Positions 57,801 through 62,941 of a DNA stretch of 62,941 bases are shown here, piece by piece. The notes below the pieces were generated by a model. The model was not told the origin of the DNA. It saw only the letters and a program-made list of their open reading frames with translations, and did not search any database. Position numbers and translations under genes: made by a program. Position 1 is the first letter of the stretch; every line of letters begins with the position of its first letter. Location of the stretch: IMG/VR virus record IMGVR_UViG_3300030098_002385, positions 1 to 62,941 of that record. One strand, 5' to 3'. Source of the stretch: a virus. Its lineage: Duplodnaviria > Caudoviricetes.

Positions 57801-60800
57801 AGAATATTTTAAAAATAATGACGACTATATAAAAAGAGCAGCGGGTTCTGTTGCTATGAATGTAAATCACGGAAGAAGATTTGAACCCTTGATGTTAAAA
57901 GATGAAACATTAACCATAAAAGATAAAGATGGTAAGTCAAGAAAGATTAACAGAACAGATGCTCCGTCGTTTATTTTACCAGAGGACTCTCAAATAGTTG
58001 GTGCTAGTTATGGGGGTAGAAGAAATGTAGGTAATCACCATAAGTTTGTTTACTATGGACAAAACGTAGATAACAAAACATTTGAGGGTGTGGTGGGCAA
58101 GCGATACCCTTTTTATTTAAAGACTAATACATTTGTGTTATCTAATTCATTTTTAGAATTAAACCCTAATTTAAAACCTATTGCTGAAGCATTAAAATTA
58201 AGAAAAAAAGAAGGAGTGATTCCTATGGCCGCTTTTAGCTCTGCAATGAAAGTTCAATCTAATAAGTTTAAAAATCAATTAATTGACATGAACAAATTAG
58301 TTGAGTTAAATAAAGATGGTGGCTTTGCTTTAAATGAACATCAAGATAGGTTATTTAAATACAAGGACCTTAATGGTTTAGATGGAAAATATTTAGGCGT
58401 TCAAACAGAATTAGATAGAAAGCACACTACATCAATAGTAAGTAAACAACTTATTTTAAATTTACTATCTAATCCAGAAACACAATCTGAAGGTTTAGCT
58501 GTGTTAGAGAGCTTAGAGATATTTTCTAAAAAAGAGTTAAGTAAATTTTCTAAGTTCATGTCTGGGAATGGTGAGGTTAGTGTAGAGGCTGTTAATGAAT
58601 TAAGAGAGGAGTTAATAAAAGAAACAGATGTAGATATATACGGAGAATCTGCAATGGCTTTATTAAAAGATGGTAGTTACGACAGTGGTTCTGTAGAGAT
58701 ATTAAGAAGTAAAATAATATCTATTGTTAAGAAAAGGTTATTAAGAATTAGAACTCCACAGGGTTCTGGTACTGTTGGTTACCAAACAACAGACTTTGGT
58801 TATGGAACAGAGATAGAAACAGGAGATATATCTGAATCTGCTGGACTACAAAGTTATTTTGATAAAGAAGGTAAACCAAGGTTAGATGAAAATGGAAACC
58901 TTGAGCCTGCAGAAGTTGCTTTAGATGCAAGTTTAGGTTTTAAAGAGGGAGATAAGATTATATTAACTAGAATACCTAACTCTAAAATGGGAGATAACAT
59001 ACCAGCTGTTGTTACATCTGTATTTAGAGGAACTGGTAGTGTTGTACAAATACCTTCAGACCTATCTGATATTATAGGTTCTGATATGGACGGAGACTCT
59101 TTACATATAATGGGTAGGTCTAAACAGGCTAAACAATACAATGATTCGTTTGATAAGATGTTTAACTTCCTTACCCTTTCTGCTAATATCGAACACATGC
59201 AAGAAGCTGTTGACTTTGAATCATTTGCAGATGGCGCAGAAAGAGCTCTTGTAAAAGCTGGATTAAAACCTATAGAGGCAACCATAAATGATTTAAGCTT
59301 TTTAGGTGACAACCTTAAGTATCGTTCTAACATAATGGGTAGAGGTAATATAGGTACATCAGCTTCTATTAATACTTTCCATAAGATATTAAGCACGCAT
59401 AATGTTCAGGTTCCTGATTTAAAAGTTAATGTAGGTAAGAATGCTTTACAAAGTAGTTACAAAGATAATAACAATGCGTGGATTTCTTTAGCTCGTATAT
59501 TAAACATATTCTTAGATGAAGCAAATAAAGGTAGGGGAGCTAGATTAAACATGAATTCTGTAACAGTAGGTCCACTAACAGAGCTTGTTATGAGAGGTAT
59601 TTCTTTTAATGATGCTGTAGTATTAATTAACTCTCCATTTATGAAAAGAGCAGTGTCTGCTTTTCAAAACAATGGAACCACCTTAAATGAGTTTATAAAA
59701 AATGAAGTAAATGGAGAAGTAAAAGAGCTTAGTGAGGTTTCTGATATAGATATTAGTAAAGTTGCAGATGGTAGTCAAGATGTTGCAATTAGAAATCTTT
59801 TTTACAACTTCAATAAATACAACTCACCTTCTTGGACTTTAAGAAAACTAATTAACTTAGAGAGCTTTATACCTGAAACACACACAGAACAGAAACAACT
59901 ATTGAAAGATATTGTTTCTTTAATGAAGAATAGAAACATAAATGTTGCAGGCTTAGTTACCTCTATTAAGACCCCTAAAGAACTAAATGAACTTATAGAC
60001 AAAGGTCAATACACAACCTTTGTTAACTCTTTAAATATTAAAAACCCTATCTTAAGAAGAAATGTAAATGCTCTTGCTGCAAGTTCTAAAATGCTTGAGG
60101 TAATGGACCCAGCAAACTCTCAGGGTTATAATAACATTGTAGAGAAATACAAAAAAGAAAACATTAAACAAGTAGAAAGCTTAGTTCGTTCTTGGAGATT
60201 AGCTCAAGACGGTTCGTATCAAATTAATTTAGACGCTATGCCTAGGGTACTTCAAGACTCTCAAGACTTTATAGACTCTTATGGTTCTATGTCTTCTATT
60301 AAGACAATACTTAAGCAAGACTTAGAACAAATAGAGGTAGCTAAACACCCATTTATAAACAAGTATTTTAAAATACAAGAGACTAAAGAAAGTAACTTTA
60401 TAACAAGAAAAGATAAAAAAGGTTCTTCTACTCCTGTTGAGGTCTCTAAACAAGATGGTGAGTATGTGTTTACACCAACTAACTTAGTAAAGAAAAAGTC
60501 TACTAGTAAAAATCTAGTTCCTACTAGCGCTTTAAGAAATGCAAACGCAAAACAAGTTGCCAAAGACTTTGATGCTTTACCAAGATATGTACAAGACTAT
60601 TTATTATTATGGGATTTAGTAATGAATAATCATAGTGGTCCTAATGCTATACTACCATACTTAGGTAGTCGTACAAATAAGATATCTAAAAAAAGCCAGT
60701 CTCACGTTAAAAAACAAAGACCTAAATTTCTTTCAGAAGCTTATAGAAAACAAGTAGAAGATTATGTAAACTTTAACATAAGACAAGAAGCTGAACCATT

Positions 60801-62941
60801 AAGTGTAGAAAACAATGGAACAGTAACATCTGAAAATGGTGTATTGACTGTGCAAAAAGGTCTTAGTAACATACCAAGTGGTTCTGTTAAATCTATAGAA
60901 CTGTCTAATGGCGTAACAGCTATATATAAAGTTAGTCAAATAGAAGGGGGTTCTACAGTTTTATATCCTATTGAAGCTAGCTTTACACACGATTCGTTAC
61001 TACCAAGTGAGTCTAGCTTACTTGAACATAATACAGATATAGAGTATATAAACTCTGCAGAGGAGGTTCAAGTAGAAGATGATGTTAATGTTGAAGGTCT
61101 TAAAGAAGAAGGTTACGAATACTCTCATGTTGATTTAGATACAGGTAATAAAATATATGTAAAGAAAGAGGGTGATATATACAAAGCAAAAGAAGTTATA
61201 AATGGAGATAAGATAGTAGACTATAACGGTAAGTTTGCGTCTAAATATATGTACATGTCTAAGGATATGTCAGATTATTTAGACTTCCAAAGAGAAATGA
61301 CTTTCCAACAATATGTTAACAAGGGTAAAACAAAACTAGTAGACGCATCTCTTTTAGGTGAAAAAGAACGAAAATTTCTTTTAGAACAACATGAAAAATA
61401 TAAACAAGATTTACGTACAGCTAACGAACTTTCTGCTAAATACTTATCACCTAATGAATTTGGTGTATTAGAAATAGAGTCAGATAAATACACTGCCTTA
61501 CAGTTAGAGCAAATAATAAAAAATGAACTTAGACCTTTAGACACTGAGGCTAGAGCTAAGGTTTATCAAGCCTTCCTTAAAGTGCTTGGGGCTAAAATTG
61601 GTTTAGAGGCTGTTAATGATAACTTAAGTAAGGCAAAGAAAAATAGATTAGGAGAAAAATTGATATCTGAATTAGAGGCAGCTAAAGCAAAATACAGAAA
61701 CCCTGATTCTTTAAGAGAAGATGTTGGTAGGGGTGATATGTATTTAAATCCAGATATAACTAGCCCTGAAAGAGCTGAGGTTGGCGCTGTTCTTAATAGA
61801 CTTAGTGAATCTGAAATATCTTATCAACAAGATATGGCTAAGTTAAATAAGAAAATGGACACAGCTTTTCAAGCTTTATTAAAAAAGAAACTTAGTAAAG
61901 TACAGCGTTTATTATATAGATTTGGACCAGCTGTTATTAAATACTACTATAACAGAAAGTTATTTGAAAACATAACTTTTGTACAAGAAGAATTAACTCC
62001 AGATAATGAATATGTAAAAAGACATTTAAGATTAAAGAATGATAAAGAAATAGCTGCTATAAAAGATAAACTTACACAAGAAGAGTTAGCTTATAGAGAG
62101 ATGTTTATGGAGATGACTGGAATGGTTAAGAATCATTTAAATCAAAAGATAGGTGAAGATGGTAATATTGTTTTACCAAAAGAACAGGATAAAGGAAAGA
62201 CTTATGTTCCCCATTTAACTGCTTCTATAACAGAAATGGCTCTTGCTAGAAACCTTGTGGCCTCTTATATAATGCACAATTACTCTCATAAACTAAAAGA
62301 TGTTTATGTGCTAGAAGAAGGTAAAACAGAAGCAAGACCTTTGGGTGAGATTATCAATGAATATATGGCAAGACAAGCTAATAAAAGAACAAGTAAATCA
62401 GATATTGCCGTAAGAAGAGAGTTAAGGAAACTAATTAAACAAGCAAATCAATATGTAGAAAAAGGTACAGATGCTATAGGTAACCCTATTGTTACAGCAG
62501 ATGACACTTCAAACATAACTCAACCAGAGGTTATAGATAGATATTTAAGTCAGCGTTCTTTTAATTCTGGCTTTGGTGCAACCATTGATTTACACAGGTC
62601 GTTAACTACATATGTAAATAAAATGGTATTTAACTATGGGTTAGATAGTCAAGAGGGCTTTAAACACCAAGGTATTATAGAACAAATACCTGCTATTGAT
62701 GCTGCCATATCTTATGCTTCTTTTAAGAACAACCCGAATGCTCAAAAATGGATTAAAGAATTACTACTAGAAAAGTATGCTAGAAAAACTGGTAGAAAGT
62801 CTTTATTTGGAAAAGACGGAAAAAGACATTGGTCAGATGATGTGTTTGAAGCCTTACATAAATGGACTATGTTTGTTGGTCTTGGTTTGAATTTTACTGC
62901 AGCAGTAGGTAATATTGCTATTGGTAAATACAATACCTTCA
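51805..62941 (+). CDS. Giant virion protein with two-barrel RNA polymerase and zincin domains (~4,044 aa with 1-1098; not in ORF track)
   Basis: ATG 51805; frame spot-checked and runs off the end; HELNH 55039-55053; RIP 58969-58977; GSDMDGD 59077-59097. Confidence 0.88.
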   Translation, partial: MSIFKKILRESKSIGVDTPSEGVELYDKGLQTETSSPDVNVSNVPTQNFAAPREQQTYGFVDKSAFGAPPQEPQPYMGYTEGQAFMKEYEQRTNVLDFMELPQEAGEIAKTAAYNSSISVRDYSVAGEFLRSFAAGTGQVLIGFADTIDWLNSTSTNLTSYAYKKGLESAGYEGDVADYASKQLGDVAPTPLGAASLDFGPLLGVDMDLSFTGALRSLGEEMESWDDKIDMSGLEEGSYKQLLNPKFYYTKLVKQIPNLLTFLIPASGGAKVARGLANSTKFGKATVFSSDKLTKNIKYFGNKGGGNASRLVIKGEDVAQFFGGAIGGNFAEGAMLAGQSYRDALKGGATKDQAAMAGWNVMKDNAKWIIVDGLQYSILTKGVGAIGSKLKLKSGVNFKNAASDLLIGSGVVVSDGKLEELQEVYQDWRVNKRVAEATGEDYDVGYWEYYNSPEVADTRVISFAMGSIGGGAGVVYNAFKDGINIAAERNFALDEKIESTLLTDDTGSSMVFAKAAEIVRQKGFQSGIDSKAESEIHKHEQYKQDLIANIIGNGEKDLGKANIEKEVAAGRITEKEGKHLIETMDSMADSFSQMGFAPKSLSPLSPRGRQQLVKLSHVMRHSREELADSNDFYESQIQGWESKREQPEYKNRKDFIDAQIESIKQEQLQTNQAYQQDIEGITGAMQEVFTLEQQNVINQKEALSAKQAGMRETMAREKEVTTPTAVEQAPATETKAKGTRESFTKASEVFMKETNDKKTLDSVKRINKKESAPLTNKKSRLNNKQLKDALKFWTNTGNAIAPLLRHVASKQIAGETLTNQEIAVLSENTKTIEPLLQEHKKREGAKKRITEIDQEIKKIKEGKQPLGKIVPTKAPLKMEGRINKREIYKGKQKGDDVTVMISYDEKGNVIDSQVIERNGKDDRLLIEVNKGKNESMSDALNRSLDSASNLKENFTLSESITDVNRLYSKRAIEKYGFVREGDTGTDTIKTLEKEKAELQNTSLKLGSVGKVEKAMSGKPAERNIAQEKVIIKMLRKKGINPVVADYMFRTDDSKKYYGMAQGLSIYLNSNTATQETIFHELNHIYVNEMWYETNKDGTYKVDSKGNRVVNPIIKEAIELVVNQPLFKKKMSNPSYTNQLLLQDSNGVVKTLNDLIKFDGILSFTAWAKQTDSADKSINGYLEYLKPEAKKLGFTLLPDVEQRIILEEVIVDLMSKTEAQETNGDILKKDDKKRDNIAKRFYSKIKSRFTKKESKTILENTGNAELTKLDNVIDTLIKDSRKERPAYNIRRDRLGSDKMFHVEDLNSTMLTNQISSDILGYLETLKQESKLDNKLQGPLYRTKDGMLTVAGKKSVSTFISENRQEVNSFIKELYPEGSNELNHYNNNRNDILNTAFKVLAFSNAQKSIGSTEQELEEDEYNLFDFDNRNGVNEKIGKDISSYIKLGESVQGIPVTHGQIKSSLYNKIFKYRNNPKSFEQEINDNIRALTLSPKLLSREEELLARYFVYMNEVYASEGMSLASPILDYHHEFSSYKQINFHNINVFKNKKGEVITNIKQTFGVDASTIKTDIEKRFRQSITVDKPKDSKTLSSQEISKIKFLSSIITLSDSLKEAKNPSESKKAVIKFLTDNYLSEYKDDINVDLISKDFVDKFVTKDKETNKTLVDQLIEDHGMIETYKLNGKKAGWQAGFSAERFNKESVKAWRAWESSEKTQQALQDELISKEDIISIGKLIRRSGVIKEGNINTQARVFLNADGTIQLHQGGGLKFSNRYKAQNIITQYLSSEIALGDFSSQILTPEGNKKNFISKRHQADVLVEEQLPSMSDEEIKDMFGDNVYTNNYILNREEKINVAQINGSVVLGKGIDSGNETANEKTILEVSLIAQAIVNGNETYSQSVSIVADKDINLHVTNTKLLTLEEARAIKDKLNQDGVKFTNGDAYFNFTDADIQRDVKGLQRIIKGSKDTSLKSLAKNTKALEQIVLNNAINKYYAKDLLIGKAEYFKNNDDYIKRAAGSVAMNVNHGRRFEPLMLKDETLTIKDKDGKSRKINRTDAPSFILPEDSQIVGASYGGRRNVGNHHKFVYYGQNVDNKTFEGVVGKRYPFYLKTNTFVLSNSFLELNPNLKPIAEALKLRKKEGVIPMAAFSSAMKVQSNKFKNQLIDMNKLVELNKDGGFALNEHQDRLFKYKDLNGLDGKYLGVQTELDRKHTTSIVSKQLILNLLSNPETQSEGLAVLESLEIFSKKELSKFSKFMSGNGEVSVEAVNELREELIKETDVDIYGESAMALLKDGSYDSGSVEILRSKIISIVKKRLLRIRTPQGSGTVGYQTTDFGYGTEIETGDISESAGLQSYFDKEGKPRLDENGNLEPAEVALDASLGFKEGDKIILTRIPNSKMGDNIPAVVTSVFRGTGSVVQIPSDLSDIIGSDMDGDSLHIMGRSKQAKQYNDSFDKMFNFLTLSANIEHMQEAVDFESFADGAERALVKAGLKPIEATINDLSFLGDNLKYRSNIMGRGNIGTSASINTFHKILSTHNVQVPDLKVNVGKNALQSSYKDNNNAWISLARILNIFLDEANKGRGARLNMNSVTVGPLTELVMRGISFNDAVVLINSPFMKRAVSAFQNNGTTLNEFIKNEVNGEVKELSEVSDIDISKVADGSQDVAIRNLFYNFNKYNSPSWTLRKLINLESFIPETHTEQKQLLKDIVSLMKNRNINVAGLVTSIKTPKELNELIDKGQYTTFVNSLNIKNPILRRNVNALAASSKMLEVMDPANSQGYNNIVEKYKKENIKQVESLVRSWRLAQDGSYQINLDAMPRVLQDSQDFIDSYGSMSSIKTILKQDLEQIEVAKHPFINKYFKIQETKESNFITRKDKKGSSTPVEVSKQDGEYVFTPTNLVKKKSTSKNLVPTSALRNANAKQVAKDFDALPRYVQDYLLLWDLVMNNHSGPNAILPYLGSRTNKISKKSQSHVKKQRPKFLSEAYRKQVEDYVNFNIRQEAEPLSVENNGTVTSENGVLTVQKGLSNIPSGSVKSIELSNGVTAIYKVSQIEGGSTVLYPIEASFTHDSLLPSESSLLEHNTDIEYINSAEEVQVEDDVNVEGLKEEGYEYSHVDLDTGNKIYVKKEGDIYKAKEVINGDKIVDYNGKFASKYMYMSKDMSDYLDFQREMTFQQYVNKGKTKLVDASLLGEKERKFLLEQHEKYKQDLRTANELSAKYLSPNEFGVLEIESDKYTALQLEQIIKNELRPLDTEARAKVYQAFLKVLGAKIGLEAVNDNLSKAKKNRLGEKLISELEAAKAKYRNPDSLREDVGRGDMYLNPDITSPERAEVGAVLNRLSESEISYQQDMAKLNKKMDTAFQALLKKKLSKVQRLLYRFGPAVIKYYYNRKLFENITFVQEELTPDNEYVKRHLRLKNDKEIAAIKDKLTQEELAYREMFMEMTGMVKNHLNQKIGEDGNIVLPKEQDKGKTYVPHLTASITEMALARNLVASYIMHNYSHKLKDVYVLEEGKTEARPLGEIINEYMARQANKRTSKSDIAVRRELRKLIKQANQYVEKGTDAIGNPIVTADDTSNITQPEVIDRYLSQRSFNSGFGATIDLHRSLTTYVNKMVFNYGLDSQEGFKHQGIIEQIPAIDAAISYASFKNNPNAQKWIKELLLEKYARKTGRKSLFGKDGKRHWSDDVFEALHKWTMFVGLGLNFTAAVGNIAIGKYNTF
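62842..62941. repeat. Terminal direct repeat, right copy
   Basis: Matches 1-100 at 99 of 100 positions. Confidence 0.95.

Noticed and set aside
53033-62933. Short ORFs in the track across 53-63 kb
   Set aside because: They are antisense or off-frame shadows of the giant plus-strand ORF.
1-62941. Stop-codon reassignment as in some gut crAss-like phages
   Set aside because: Genes are intact and tightly packed under the standard code, TAG and TGA both end genes, and no suppressor tRNA was seen.
1-62941. CRISPR array, diversity-generating retroelement, integrase, introns or inteins
   Set aside because: No spaced repeats, reverse transcriptase, recombinase motifs or interrupted core genes were seen by eye; a divergent element cannot be fully excluded.

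Overview
The window looks like a complete, circularly assembled dsDNA phage genome of about 62.84 kb. Bases 1-100 repeat at 62842-62941 with one mismatch. The plus-strand block 27.8-62.9 kb (wrapping to 1.1 kb) has crAss-like (Crassvirales-related) order: terminase, portal, scaffold, major capsid, tail-region genes with an IHF-like gene, a tail stabilisation protein and putative cargo proteins. It ends in a ~4,044-aa ORF missing from the ORF track, which spans the assembly junction and carries a two-barrel RNA polymerase motif (RIP...GSDMDGD) and a zincin HExxH motif. The minus-strand arm (11.5-23.5 kb) encodes DnaB, recombination proteins, an amidoligase/GATase-II/GGCT set and small membrane proteins; I recognise no DNA polymerase or primase. 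TAnnTTTG promoter elements, A-rich leaders without Shine-Dalgarno sites and a T9SS-like C-terminal signal point to a Bacteroidota host. Leading observations: a shared GG...Q-x-(D/N) C-terminal tag on five dispersed small proteins; a long-range complementary pair bracketing the capsid module; a repeated TGTTCACTATCAT motif in the early arm (candidate virion-RNAP promoter); and a putative cell-envelope module with a T9SS-type cargo protein. All calls come from reading motifs by eye; no searches were run.
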